From Kiritimatiella glycovorans (GTDB taxonomy: Bacteria; Verrucomicrobiota; Kiritimatiellia; Kiritimatiellales; Kiritimatiellaceae): 32,000 nt of DNA. Of the stretch, positions 23,289 through 32,000 are shown piece after piece. Made by a program: the position numbers and the translations under genes. The first letter of the stretch is position 1; every line of letters begins with the position of its first letter. Location: the NCBI RefSeq assembly GCF_001017655.1, contig NZ_CP010904.1, positions 2,250,001 through 2,282,000 of the forward strand, in the 5' to 3' direction. Under the pieces are notes generated by a model that searched no databases, had not been told where the DNA came from, and was given only the letters and a program-made list of their open reading frames with translations.

Positions 23289-24166
23289 AACTTGTACGAT
23301 ACGGAAATGCGGGCGAAGAGCGGCCGGGGGTGCTGCTGGAGGACGAAGTCATTCTCGATGTAAGGGCCGCGGTGTTCGACATCGAGGATTACGATGCCCA
23401 TTTTTTCTCACACTACGGAATCGCCCGGCTTGAATCGCTCGTACGCGAGAAACCCGGGCGCACGGTGCGTCGGGACGAGGTCCGCCTCGGGCCGCCCGTG
23501 GCCCGGCCGGGTAAGATCATCGCCGTCGGCGAGAATTACGCAGACCACGCCGCGGAATTCGGCAGGCCGCCGCCCCCCGAGCCCATCCTCTTTTCCAAAC
23601 CGGCCTCGGCCCTCGCCGGCCCGGAAGACCTCCTGAAACTTCCCGGCAAACCCGCCGAGATCGATGCGGAAGTCGAACTGGCAATGGTGATCGGTGCGCG
23701 GGCAAAAAATGTCCCGGCGGCGGAGGCGCATAACTGCATCGCCGGATGGACGATCCTGAACGATCTCACCGACCGCCGGGCCCAGCGGACCTGTTCCCAG
23801 TGGTTCGCCGCGAAGGGACACGACGGCTTCGCGCCCCTCGGCCCCTTCCTGCTCACCCGGGACGAGCTTCCGTGTACACCCGAACTCGATCTGGCATCAG
23901 AGCTGAACGGTGCACGGATGCAGAGCGGGAACACGCGAACGATGATCTTCCCGCCCGATCGACTGATCGAGTACATCACCCTGGACCGCGGAATCACGCT
24001 CGAACCCGGCGACGTGATCGCCACCGGCACGCCGCCGGGCATCGGCGCGGCGCAGGACCCGCCCAGACCCCTGGCGGAGGGCGATGAAATGGTGTTGCGG
24101 ATCGAAGGGCTGGGAGAACAGCGGCTGAAAACCGCTGCCGCTACTCCTCAAAGCCCACGTACCTGA
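23285..24166 (+). CDS. Fumarylacetoacetate hydrolase (FAH) family protein
   Basis: 293 aa. ...KIIAVGENYADHAAE...PILFSKP.SAL..P...L.P......D.EVELAMVIG... and ...GDVIATGTPPGIG follow the FAH-fold pattern. ATGA overlap with the rnhC stop. Confidence 0.85.
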   Translation: MKLVRYGNAGEERPGVLLEDEVILDVRAAVFDIEDYDAHFFSHYGIARLESLVREKPGRTVRRDEVRLGPPVARPGKIIAVGENYADHAAEFGRPPPPEPILFSKPASALAGPEDLLKLPGKPAEIDAEVELAMVIGARAKNVPAAEAHNCIAGWTILNDLTDRRAQRTCSQWFAAKGHDGFAPLGPFLLTRDELPCTPELDLASELNGARMQSGNTRTMIFPPDRLIEYITLDRGITLEPGDVIATGTPPGIGAAQDPPRPLAEGDEMVLRIEGLGEQRLKTAAATPQSPRT

Positions 24167-24674
24167 AATTCCCGCCAGGCCGGTCCGGGACGATATACGG
24201 GGATTCCGGGGTGAGATCGATTTCCTCCTCCGCCGTCTCGTTGGTCTGCACCATCCGGGAGAGAAGCTGTTCGCCGCCCGCGTTTTCCATCACGCGGTCG
24301 GCTTCGATCACCATGCCGTCGAGGTGACGGCCGGTTCCCCCGCCCGAACCGAGAAGGTTCAGGGCAAGGAAGAGGATGAAAAGGAGTGCAAGACCGTAGC
24401 GCGGCTCCGCGAAAAACCACATCCAGCGCCGCTCGCGCTCCCGGCCCTTTTCGGTCTCCGCACGCACGACGGACATGATCCGCGCGGCCGCACGGTCCTC
24501 CAGACCCCTACGCGGAGTTTCATAGGCCTTCAGCGAACACCAGGCCCTGGTCCGGGACTGAAGATGCCAGAGGTCGCGGCAACCGCCGCAGGTTTCGAGG
24601 TGCTGTTTCAGCTCGGGACCCGGATCGCCGTCGAGTTCCCGCCGCATTAATTTCCGTGCTCGAATGCAGTTCAT
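24141..24674 (-). CDS. Anti-sigma factor (zf-HC2 type), single-pass membrane protein
   Basis: MNCIRARKLMRRELDGDPGPELKQHLETCGGCRDLWHL matches the H-x3-C-x2-C zinc-finger anti-sigma motif. Central TM helix YGLALLFILFLALNLL. ATGA overlap with the sigma gene. The 3' end overlaps the convergent FAH gene by 26 nt. Confidence 0.8.
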   Translation of the reverse strand: MNCIRARKLMRRELDGDPGPELKQHLETCGGCRDLWHLQSRTRAWCSLKAYETPRRGLEDRAAARIMSVVRAETEKGRERERRWMWFFAEPRYGLALLFILFLALNLLGSGGGTGRHLDGMVIEADRVMENAGGEQLLSRMVQTNETAEEEIDLTPESPYIVPDRPGGNFRYVGFEE

Positions 24675-25279
24675 GGTGCGAACTCAGCCAGTTTGCCCTG
24701 TAAGATCTGACGCGCGTAAAAGAGACGGGATCGCACCGTCCCCACCGAACATCCTACAATTTTTGCGATCTCGTTGTGCGGCAGTCCCTGGATGTCATGG
24801 AGCACCACCACCGTTCTGTGCTTGTCAGACAGGGACTGCAGGGCGCTGTTCAATTTTTTCTGGAACTCGGAGATGTTGGCGTTCCGGAAAGGGGACTCGT
24901 CGGCGTGCAGCCTGGTGTACGCGGGGTCCGTCTTCACCTCGCCGACCATCTCGTCGAGGCTGAGCGCCTGTTTGCGATTCCGCTTTTTGCGGTAGTTGAT
25001 CGTCATATTGAGCGCGATGCGGTAGAGCCATGTGTAGAAGGAGGAACGCCCCTGAAATCTCGAGAGCGAGCGGTAGGCCTTGAGAAAAATCTCCTGGGTA
25101 AGGTCTTCGGCATCCTCGCGGTTGCTGGTCATGTTGTAGACCAGTCCGTAAATCCGGGCATGATGGCGCCGGACCAGATCCTCATACGCCCCGGCATCCC
25201 CCTGCTGGACGCGTCGCACCAGCTCGGCGTCCGGGGGGCCTTCCGCAGGCGGCGTCCGGTTGTCGTCCCCTTTACTCAC
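24671..25279 (-). CDS. ECF-type RNA polymerase sigma factor (sigma-70 family, group 4)
   Basis: Region 2 ...YEDLVRRHHARIYGLVYNMTSNREDAEDLTQEIFLKAYRSLSRFQGRSSFYTWLYRIALN...; region 4 ...HRTVVVLHDIQGLPHNEIAKIVGCSVGTVRSRLFYARQ. Confidence 0.9.
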   Translation of the reverse strand: MSKGDDNRTPPAEGPPDAELVRRVQQGDAGAYEDLVRRHHARIYGLVYNMTSNREDAEDLTQEIFLKAYRSLSRFQGRSSFYTWLYRIALNMTINYRKKRNRKQALSLDEMVGEVKTDPAYTRLHADESPFRNANISEFQKKLNSALQSLSDKHRTVVVLHDIQGLPHNEIAKIVGCSVGTVRSRLFYARQILQGKLAEFAP

Positions 25280-25357
25280 AGCAGTCCCACCATAAACTCA
25301 TCCGGGCCGGCTGCACAGGCGAAACCCGGGGCCGTCGCACAACTCCCCGGGCGCACC

Positions 25358-25385
25358 AAAAAAGACACCCGGCGGACCGGGTGTC
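25358..25385 (-). terminator. Rho-independent terminator of ppdK
   Basis: Minus strand GACACCCGG-TCCG-CCGGGTGTC followed by T6, starting 28 nt after the stop at 25413. Confidence 0.8.
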
Positions 25386-25412
25386 TCGTTGGCTTGCGAG
25401 CGCGCGGTCCGG

Positions 25413-28163
25413 TTACTCTTCGATCGCGGCCTGCGCCGCCGCCAGCCGCGCGATCGGCACGCGGTAAGGCGAGCAGCTCACGTAGTCCAGTCCGCTCTCG
25501 TAGCAGAACCTGACGCTATCGGGATCGCCCCCGTGCTCACCGCAGATTCCGCATTTGAGATCCCCGCGAACCGAGCGGCCGCGTTCGACGCCCATTTTCA
25601 CCAGCTGCCCGACGCCCTCCTGGTCCAGGTGCTGGAACGGATCGACGTCCAGAATCTTCCGGTTGGTGTACTCCGGAAGGAACGTGCCGACGTCGTCGCG
25701 GCTGAACCCGAAGGTCATCTGCGTCAGGTCGTTCGTACCGAAACTGAAGAACTCGGCCCGGTCGGCGATCTGATCGGCGGTGAGCGCCGCGCGCGGCACC
25801 TCGATCATCGTCCCGACCATGTACTTCACCTTCGCCCCGGTCCTCTCGATGATCTCGTCCGCGGTCGTACGGATCACGTTCTCGAGGTAGTCCAGTTCCG
25901 TCTTGCTGCCGACCAGCGGAACCATGATCTCGGGATGGACCTTCACGGCGTTCTTGAGCTTCGAGACCTTGCAGGCGGCTCCGATGATCGCCTTCGTCTG
26001 CATGACGCAGAGTTCGGGATAGGTGATCGACAGCCGGCAACCGCGGTGGCCCAGCATCGGGTTGAATTCGTGGAGCTGCCGGACGCGGTCCGCGACCTTG
26101 CGGGCGCTCACGCCCAGGCGGCGCGCCATCTCCTGCTGCTCTTTCTTTTCATGCGGCACGAACTCGTGCAGCGGCGGATCGAGCAGCCGCACCGTCACCG
26201 GCAGGCCATCCATCTCCTTGAAGATGCCCTCGAAATCCTTCTGCTGATGTTTCAGCAGATCCTTGAGCGCCTTCTCACGCCCCTCCCTGTCCTCGGCCAG
26301 GATGAATTCGCGGATCGACCAGATCCGGTCGCCCTCGAAGAACATGTGTTCGGTACGGCAGAGGCCGATGCCCTCGGCGCCGAAGCCCTTCGCGGCCGCG
26401 GCGTCCTTCGGCGCATCGGCGTTGGTGCGGACTTTCATTTTGCGGTGCGTGTCCGACCACCCCGAAAGCATCTCGTACATGCGGTAATAAGGGTGCTTCT
26501 TCGCGGCCGCCTTTCCGCCGATCACCGCCTCGACCACCGGGCTCGACTGTAGCGGGATCTCACCCTCATACACCTTGCCGGTCGATCCGTTGAGGCTGAT
26601 GCTGTCGCCCTCCTTGTAGACCTTTTTGCCGACTGTGACCTGCTTCTTCTTGTAATCAATGTTCAGCGCAGAGGCGCCGCAGATGCAGCATTTGCCCCAG
26701 CCGCGAGCCACCACGGCCGCGTGCGAGGTCATGCCGCCGGTCGACGTGAGCACGCCGCGCGCAGCCCACATGCCGCCGACGTCCTCGGGACTCGTATCGC
26801 GGCGCACGAGAATGACGCGGGCGTTTTTGTCCTTCTCGACCGCCGCCTCGGCGTCGTCGGCGTCGAACACGATCGTGCCGCTCGCCGCGCCCGGCCCGGC
26901 CGGGAGCCCTTCGGCGATGACGTTCGCCTTCTTCTCTTCCTTCATGTCGAAGACCGGGAAGAGGAGCTGTTCGAGATCGGAGCCGCCGACGTTCATCAGC
27001 GCGTCCTTCTGACTGAGAATTTTGGTCTGCTTCTTTCCGGTGAAGACGTCCTTGCCGGTCGCCATCTCGACCGCCCAGCGCACGCCGGCGATCCCGGTGC
27101 GCTTGGCGTTGCGGGTCTGCAGCAGCCACAGCTTCCCGCGCTCGACCGTGAACTCGATGTCCTGCGGGTGCTTGTAGTGCTTCTCGAGCCTTTTCATGAT
27201 CTGGATCAGCTCTTTGTGCGTCTTGCGCCACGCCGGCGACTTGTCCTTCGCCATGTCGTTCATGTGCTTCGGCGTGCGGATGCCGGCCACGACGTCCTCG
27301 CCCTGCGCGTTCTTCAGGTAATCGCCGTAGGCCACCGATTCGCCGGTGGACGGGTCGCGCGTGAAGGCCACGCCGGTTCCGCAGTCGTCGCCCATGTTTC
27401 CGAACACCATGGTACAGACGTTGACCGCCGTGCCGAGCAGGCCGCTGATCTTATTGATCTGGCGATACTTGACCGCGCGATCGGAGTCCCACGACCCGAA
27501 CACGGCGCGGATGGAGAGGTCGAGCTGCTGTTCCGGATCCTGCGGGAAGGGCTTTTTGACCTTGTCCTGGTAGACTTTCTTATAAATACCGACGAGTTCC
27601 TTGAGCTGCTCGGCGGTAAGGTCGGTGTCCTCCTTCGCGCCGTACTTCTTTTTCAGCTTCTCGATCTCGTGCTCGAAGTGCTCGTGCTTGAGCCCGGTGT
27701 AGGGGCCCATGACCACGTCGCCGAACATGTCGATGAACCGCCGGTAGCAGTCCCAGCCGGCGCGCTCACTGCCGGTCTGCTTGATGAACCCCTGCACCGA
27801 CTTGTCGTTGAGACCGAGATTGAGCACCGTGTCCATCATGCCGGGCATCGAAATCGCGGCGCCGGAGCGCACAGAAACGAGCAGCGGATTGTCGGGATCG
27901 CCGAGCTTCTTGCCCATGCCCTTCTCGAGCTGGTCGAGGTGAGCCCGGATCTCCTTCTCAAGGCCCTGGGGATACTTGCCGCCGTGCTCCGAGTAATACT
28001 TGCAGGCCTCGGTGCTGAGGGTGAACCCGGGCGGGACCGGCAGCCCCGCGTTCGACATCTCGGCGAGGTTCGCGCCCTTGCCGCCGAGAATCGCTTTCAT
28101 GCTGCGATCGCCCTCGGTCTGCTCTTCACTGAGTCCGTAGAAATAGACGTACTTTTTCGCCAT
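25413..28163 (-). CDS. ppdK: Pyruvate, phosphate dikinase
   Basis: Start moved to ATG 28163 (MAKKYVYFYG..., RBS GGAGGAG) from the track start at 28277. LGGKGANLAEM, ...GGMTSHAAVVARGWGK (phosphohistidine swivel domain), ...GLCRTEHMFF..., ...FFSFGTNDLTQM..., ...VSCSPYRVPIARLAAAQA are PPDK hallmarks. Confidence 0.95.
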   Translation of the reverse strand: MAKKYVYFYGLSEEQTEGDRSMKAILGGKGANLAEMSNAGLPVPPGFTLSTEACKYYSEHGGKYPQGLEKEIRAHLDQLEKGMGKKLGDPDNPLLVSVRSGAAISMPGMMDTVLNLGLNDKSVQGFIKQTGSERAGWDCYRRFIDMFGDVVMGPYTGLKHEHFEHEIEKLKKKYGAKEDTDLTAEQLKELVGIYKKVYQDKVKKPFPQDPEQQLDLSIRAVFGSWDSDRAVKYRQINKISGLLGTAVNVCTMVFGNMGDDCGTGVAFTRDPSTGESVAYGDYLKNAQGEDVVAGIRTPKHMNDMAKDKSPAWRKTHKELIQIMKRLEKHYKHPQDIEFTVERGKLWLLQTRNAKRTGIAGVRWAVEMATGKDVFTGKKQTKILSQKDALMNVGGSDLEQLLFPVFDMKEEKKANVIAEGLPAGPGAASGTIVFDADDAEAAVEKDKNARVILVRRDTSPEDVGGMWAARGVLTSTGGMTSHAAVVARGWGKCCICGASALNIDYKKKQVTVGKKVYKEGDSISLNGSTGKVYEGEIPLQSSPVVEAVIGGKAAAKKHPYYRMYEMLSGWSDTHRKMKVRTNADAPKDAAAAKGFGAEGIGLCRTEHMFFEGDRIWSIREFILAEDREGREKALKDLLKHQQKDFEGIFKEMDGLPVTVRLLDPPLHEFVPHEKKEQQEMARRLGVSARKVADRVRQLHEFNPMLGHRGCRLSITYPELCVMQTKAIIGAACKVSKLKNAVKVHPEIMVPLVGSKTELDYLENVIRTTADEIIERTGAKVKYMVGTMIEVPRAALTADQIADRAEFFSFGTNDLTQMTFGFSRDDVGTFLPEYTNRKILDVDPFQHLDQEGVGQLVKMGVERGRSVRGDLKCGICGEHGGDPDSVRFCYESGLDYVSCSPYRVPIARLAAAQAAIEE

Positions 28164-28275
28164 GTCCGATTCTCCTCCGCTTACGTTTCGTTGCACCGGG
28201 GTCCCGGCCGCACCAGACCCCGGCTTTCCGGTTCGCGCAAAATGAGTTCCGCCGCGCCGACCGCTTAAGTCGGCC

Positions 28276-28304
28276 ATATTTATGAACTCGCGCGTTCATG
28301 TCAA
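28276..28304 (-). promoter_or_regulatory. Candidate ppdK promoter with an embedded palindrome
   Basis: Minus strand TTGACA (28304-28299), 15-17 nt spacer, ATAAATAT. The spacer carries ATGAAC-N6-GTTCAT (28282-28299). About 105 nt upstream of the ATG. Confidence 0.45.
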
Positions 28305-28313
28305 GATGAGGGC

Positions 28314-28341
28314 GGGATTATGGGATTATGGGATTATGGGA
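28314..28341. repeat. Tandem 8-mer (GGGATTAT) x3.5
   Basis: gggattat gggattat gggattat ggga, immediately upstream of the candidate ppdK -35 box and downstream of the UPF0210 stop. Confidence 0.85.
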
Positions 28342-28391
28342 TGGAGCCTGAGTGAGAACCCTGAAACCTGAAGGATGAACAAGAGCGTCGT

Positions 28392-29771
28392 TCAGTTCCT
28401 GAGGCTGTGAATCGGCGCGGGGATGCGCCCGCCGAAGGCGGCCATGCGGCCGGAACGGCGGGGTTCACGGATGGTCATGATCGCGCTGGCGCCGAAGAGT
28501 CCGCCGAAGGATACCCGCTCGCCCGCCTCCCTGCCGGGCACGGGAATGATCCGCACACCGGTGGTCTTGTGGTTGACCACCCCGATCGCCAGCTCATCGG
28601 CGGTCAGGGCGGCGATCGTGGCCGCGTCGGTGTCGCCCGGCACGGGCACCATGTCCAGCCCCACCGAGCATACGCTGGTCATCGCCTCCAGTTTCTCGAG
28701 CGAGAGGTGACCCGCCTCCGCGGCGGCGGCCAGCTCGGCGTCCTCCATCACCGGCACGAATGCGCCGCTCAGCCCCCCGACGGCATGGCTGGCAAAGGCC
28801 CCGCCCTTCTTCACCGCGTCGGTCAGCATCGCCAGCAGCGCCGTCGTGCCCGGCGCGCCGATCGCGTCCACGCCCAGGATGCGCAGGATATCGCCCACGC
28901 TGTCGCCCACCGCCGGGGTCGGCGCGAGCGAGAGGTCGACCACCCCGAACGGCACGTCCAGGGCGGCGGCGACCTCGCGGCCGATCAGCTCACCGCAGCG
29001 GGTCACCCGGAACGCGGCCTGCTTGATCTCCTCGGCCAGGTCGTCCAGCCGAGGCCGCGCGCCGCCGGTCTCCCCGAGCCTCCGCTCCAGCGCGCGGGCC
29101 ACGACCCCCGGGCCGCTGACCCCCACGTGCAGCACCTTTTCGGGCTGGCCCGCGCCGTGAATGGCCCCGGCCATGAACGGGTTGTCGCCGGGCTGGTTGG
29201 CAAAGACCACGCACTTGGCCGCCCCGAACCCGTCCCGTTCGGCCGTGGCGGCGGCGACGCCCAGGATGCGCTCCGCGAGCAGGTTGAGCGCGTCCATGTT
29301 GATCCCGTGCCGGCTGTCGGCGGCGTTGAAGGAGGCACACACCCGCCCGGTCCCGGCCATCGCGCGCGGAAGGGCGTCGATCAGCGTCCGGGCTGCGGGA
29401 CTGACGCCCGAACAGACGTCGGCGGAAAACCCGCCGAGAATGTCCACGCCCACACCCTCAGCCGCGCGGTCGAGCGCCGCCGCGAGCCGTACGAACCCGG
29501 CGACGTCCATGCCGGCCCCGATCTCCGCCGCCGGGGTCACGGCGATGCGCTTGTTCACCACGGGCACGGCGTAGCGCGACCCGATCTCGTCGCAGTTCCG
29601 GACCAGATCCTTCGCCGACGCGCGGATCTTCGCCTCGACGGCGGCGCAGGTCGACTCGGCATCGCCGGTCCGGCAGTCACGCAGGTCGATCCCCATCGTC
29701 ACCGTCCGGACGTCGAGGTTCTCTTTCTGGATCATCTCGACCGTGTCGAGAATCTGGTCGGAACGGATCAT
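28392..29771 (-). CDS. UPF0210 / DUF711 family protein
   Basis: 459 aa. The N-terminus MIRSDQILDTVEMIQKENLDVRTVTMGIDLRDC closely follows the conserved UPF0210 N-terminus (..IRTITMGISLLDC..). Paired with an upstream ACT-domain gene, as in other bacteria. Confidence 0.85.
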   Translation of the reverse strand: MIRSDQILDTVEMIQKENLDVRTVTMGIDLRDCRTGDAESTCAAVEAKIRASAKDLVRNCDEIGSRYAVPVVNKRIAVTPAAEIGAGMDVAGFVRLAAALDRAAEGVGVDILGGFSADVCSGVSPAARTLIDALPRAMAGTGRVCASFNAADSRHGINMDALNLLAERILGVAAATAERDGFGAAKCVVFANQPGDNPFMAGAIHGAGQPEKVLHVGVSGPGVVARALERRLGETGGARPRLDDLAEEIKQAAFRVTRCGELIGREVAAALDVPFGVVDLSLAPTPAVGDSVGDILRILGVDAIGAPGTTALLAMLTDAVKKGGAFASHAVGGLSGAFVPVMEDAELAAAAEAGHLSLEKLEAMTSVCSVGLDMVPVPGDTDAATIAALTADELAIGVVNHKTTGVRIIPVPGREAGERVSFGGLFGASAIMTIREPRRSGRMAAFGGRIPAPIHSLRN

Positions 29772-30346
29772 CGCCAGTACTCCCGGATTTCGTGCGTGGC
29801 CTTGAAGATGTCGCGGTGCTGCAGCACTACGGAGAGCCCGGCCTCTTCGCCGAGGGCCTCAAGCCGGGTGCGCAGCGCGGCGGGATCGTCTACCGGGGAC
29901 AGGTCGAGCAGCAGGATCATGGTGTAGTTTTCGCCGGCCAGCGTGGTGGCGAGATCGAGGATGTTGATCCCGTGTTCGCGACAGAAGGACGAGACGCACG
30001 CCACCAGCCCGCTGCGGTTCGGTCCGACCGCGGTGAGCACATACTCGCCGCCCGAGTCGCGGGCCGCCGCGTCCGCCGGGAGCTCCTCCTCCAGCACGCG
30101 GATACCCACGTCAAACGCCTCCCCCGTCTCCGCGCCGCGGGCCTCGAGACGTTCGCGCACCTGCGCCGCTTCGACGCCCGCGGGGAAACGCGCGGCGAGG
30201 ATCATCGTGAAATACCCGCAGAGCACGGTCTGGCTCAGGTCGGCCAGATCGCCGCCCAGATCGCGGATCACCCCCGTCACGTCGGCCACGATCCCCACGC
30301 GGTCGCGAGAGAGGATCGAAATCACGAAATGCCGCCGGTCATCCAT
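29768..30346 (-). CDS. Tandem ACT-domain protein (GcvR/UPF0237-like)
   Basis: 192 aa. Two copies of the ACT-type pattern: FVISILSRDRVGIVADVTGVIRDLGGDLADLSQT and YVLTAVGPNRSGLVACVSSFCREHGINILDLAT. 4-nt overlap with the UPF0210 gene. Confidence 0.75.
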   Translation of the reverse strand: MDDRRHFVISILSRDRVGIVADVTGVIRDLGGDLADLSQTVLCGYFTMILAARFPAGVEAAQVRERLEARGAETGEAFDVGIRVLEEELPADAAARDSGGEYVLTAVGPNRSGLVACVSSFCREHGINILDLATTLAGENYTMILLLDLSPVDDPAALRTRLEALGEEAGLSVVLQHRDIFKATHEIREYWR

Positions 30347-31427
30347 TTCCCTCCGCCACCTTGCTGCGGTAGGCCTCGACCTCCCAGTTCTCGATAAACT
30401 CGCGCGCGCGGTCGTCCATGTAGCGGATCCCGCCGAAGGCCTGGGCGTACTGCACGATCAGCGCGCCGTCGCGCGCCAGTTCCAGCGCGCGGCCGGCGAC
30501 CTTCTGCGACGGTCCCGCGCCGAACACGGCGGGCTCTTCGCTGATCACGCGCGGCGCGTACCCGTACTCTTTGCGAAACGTCTCCGCCGCCTCCGGCGTG
30601 CAGCGCCCGATCAGCGGGAAGGACTTCGCGTACACGATATGGTCGGGCGAGATCGGCCCGCCCGGCGCGGCGAATACGCCGCCGCGCGCCAGCCCGGCCG
30701 CATCGTCGCCCAGCGCTTCGCGGATGCGATCCGCGGCCTTGTCGCACGCCTGTTCATCCGCTTCGCGCTCGTCCAGTTCGGGGGCGATTTCCGCCGACTC
30801 GATTTCGCCGCGGAGGGCCTGCATGACCTTCCCGTACTGTTCGCGGATCTCTTCCGCGCTGTCGCCGGCGATGAACACGCCGTGGTTCTGCAGAAAGATG
30901 AGGCGGGTTTCAGCGCCCTGTTCCCGTTTCCACTCGCCGATGCGTTCACGGAGTACCGTACAGAGCGTATACCCCGGATCGATGTACTCGCACCACATCG
31001 CGTCGGGGAAAAGCTTCCGGCAGGCCTGTTCGCCCTGCTGCGCGCAGGTCATGCCGTTGACCATCGGCGGGTGGGTGTGGACCACGAACACGGCGTCGAA
31101 CTCATTGTGCAGGGGGGCTTCGACCGAAGGCCGGCCCTCGTACCCGGGAAGCACCGTCTCCGCCATCAGGTCCTTGACCCACGTCTCGCGCGCAGAGGCG
31201 TCCTCCGGCGGCTCGGCCTCGTGGAGACGATCCACCTTCTTCCGGTCCAGCGCGACGAACGTCCCGGGGCTCATGCCGTCCAGGGTCGTCCCGGAAGGCT
31301 TGACCCAGAGGGTCGTATCGTTCTTGCAGGAGGTGTTCCCCCCCCCGCCCTTCACATATTCCTCCCCGCCGAACTCCGTCGAAAGTTCGGTGATGGTTTC
31401 CAGGTTCCGTCGTTCTTCCTCGTTCAT
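30339..31427 (-). CDS. Class II aldolase/adducin-family protein (resembles the aldolase half of rhamnulose-1-phosphate aldolase/dehydrogenase fusions)
   Basis: 362 aa. ...YVKGGGGNTSCKNDTTLWVKPSGTTLDGM... and ...VFVVHTHPPMVNG... (metal-binding His cluster). Confidence 0.7.
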   Translation of the reverse strand: MNEEERRNLETITELSTEFGGEEYVKGGGGNTSCKNDTTLWVKPSGTTLDGMSPGTFVALDRKKVDRLHEAEPPEDASARETWVKDLMAETVLPGYEGRPSVEAPLHNEFDAVFVVHTHPPMVNGMTCAQQGEQACRKLFPDAMWCEYIDPGYTLCTVLRERIGEWKREQGAETRLIFLQNHGVFIAGDSAEEIREQYGKVMQALRGEIESAEIAPELDEREADEQACDKAADRIREALGDDAAGLARGGVFAAPGGPISPDHIVYAKSFPLIGRCTPEAAETFRKEYGYAPRVISEEPAVFGAGPSQKVAGRALELARDGALIVQYAQAFGGIRYMDDRAREFIENWEVEAYRSKVAEGNG

Positions 31428-31476
31428 ATCCGTAATCTCCTTCGTTCCGGTGCGTCCTGCGACGCCTCCCTGCCGG

Positions 31477-32000
31477 TCATGGTTCCCCCGCCGCCGCGCG
31501 CATCCCGCACAGCGTTACGGTCTCCTCGTACAAGGCCTTGCCGACGATCGCGCCGACCAGGTTTGCGCAGCCCAGCGCGGCCAGCGCACGGACGTCGTCC
31601 GCGGTCGAGACCCCGCCGGAGGCGATAACCCCGCAGTCCACGGCACGGCACATCCGTTCCATGGCGTCCACGTTCACCCCCCGCATCATGCCGTCGCGGG
31701 AGATGTCGGTATAGACCAGCGTCCCGACCCCCGCCTCCGCGGCGCGGCGCGCGAGTTCCGGCGCATCGGCGTCACACGTCCCGACCCAGCCCCGGGTGCG
31801 GACTTTCCCGTCGCGGGCGTCCAGCCCCAGCGCGAGCCGGTCGCCGCCGAACCGCGCCGCGAGCGGCGCGAGGTCTTCGGGCCGTTCCGCCGCGCGCGTA
31901 CCCAGCACGGCGCGGGCCGCGCCCGCCGCGAACACCCGCTCGAGATCCGTGTCCGTACGCAGCCCGCCGCCCGTCTGGACCGGGACCGGCGACGCCGCGC
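31477..32000 (-). CDS. hisA: HisA (ProFAR isomerase), C-terminal part; the gene continues beyond the right window edge
   Basis: ...VQTGGGLRTDTDLERVFAAGAARAVLGT...YTDISRDGMMRGVNVDAMERMCRAVDCGVIASGGVSTADDVRALAALGCANLVGAIVGKALYEE. The reading frame stays open upstream of the track start at 31935 (an internal GTG) to position 32000. Confidence 0.85.
   Translation of the reverse strand, partial: AASPVPVQTGGGLRTDTDLERVFAAGAARAVLGTRAAERPEDLAPLAARFGGDRLALGLDARDGKVRTRGWVGTCDADAPELARRAAEAGVGTLVYTDISRDGMMRGVNVDAMERMCRAVDCGVIASGGVSTADDVRALAALGCANLVGAIVGKALYEETVTLCGMRAAAGEP

Noticed and set aside
28314-28341. CRISPR-like array (also considered for the hexamer and 9-mer tracts at 16056-16230)
   Set aside because: The repeats are 6-9 nt, contiguous and without spacers. 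No cas genes are present. These are simple tandem repeats.
7-31628. Many long ORFs antisense to or overlapping the called genes. Examples: 7..702(+), 787..2319(-), 2326..3654(-), 3868..4527(+), 7606..8034(+), 9604..11058(-), 11752..12642(-), 13161..13829(+), 16624..17274(+), 18160..18744(+), 19069..19986(+), 20335..21702(+), 24776..25513(+), 25389..26552(+), 26721..28268(+), 28407..29927(+), 29943..31628(+)
   Set aside because: They are high-GC shadow ORFs. Each lies opposite a gene with clear family motifs, is rich in Arg/Pro/Gly/Ala, and has no recognisable motifs or RBS.

Overview
GC-rich bacterial chromosomal window. The gene content (formylglycine-type sulfatase, three PEP-CTERM-anchored proteins, RNase HIII, pyruvate phosphate dikinase, Wza/Wzc-type export pair) suggests a PVC-group organism such as Kiritimatiellota, Lentisphaerota or Verrucomicrobiota; this is inference only. 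Left half (1-16.2 kb): a rearranged accessory region encoding secreted and surface proteins. It holds a partial sulfatase, a 965-aa tandem beta-helix protein, a 320-aa PEP-CTERM protein, and two identical 1980-bp IS1634-like insertion sequences in direct orientation. The two IS copies bracket a 6.7-kb cassette made of a PEP-CTERM gene (copy A), a roughly 1376-aa multidomain secreted protein, and a near-identical PEP-CTERM gene (copy B). Right half (16.2-32 kb): mostly housekeeping and envelope genes, nearly all on the minus strand, often with ATGA-type overlaps. These are rsfS-nadD, a Wza-like/Wzc-like/beta-barrel/small secreted protein export operon, rnhC plus a FAH-family hydrolase on the plus strand, an ECF sigma/anti-sigma pair, ppdK, a UPF0210-ACT-class II aldolase cluster, and partial hisA. 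I see no CRISPR array, reverse transcriptase, tRNA/rRNA or recognisable defence or toxin-antitoxin module. The unexplained structure is non-coding and architectural. (1) A roughly 280-bp divergent-promoter/leader cassette is conserved upstream of the PEP-CTERM paralogues; one copy has been orphaned by an IS insertion 19 nt upstream of a start codon. (2) A REP-like repeat family (core GTTCGTAGTAG plus GC hairpins) sits at every rearrangement breakpoint, and one IS copy lies exactly at the apex of a palindromic pair. (3) The two PEP-CTERM genes show a mosaic identity pattern. (4) A lower-GC, highly structured 280-bp intergenic element lies at 15.95-16.23 kb. All family assignments come from motifs read in the translations; no database search was possible.
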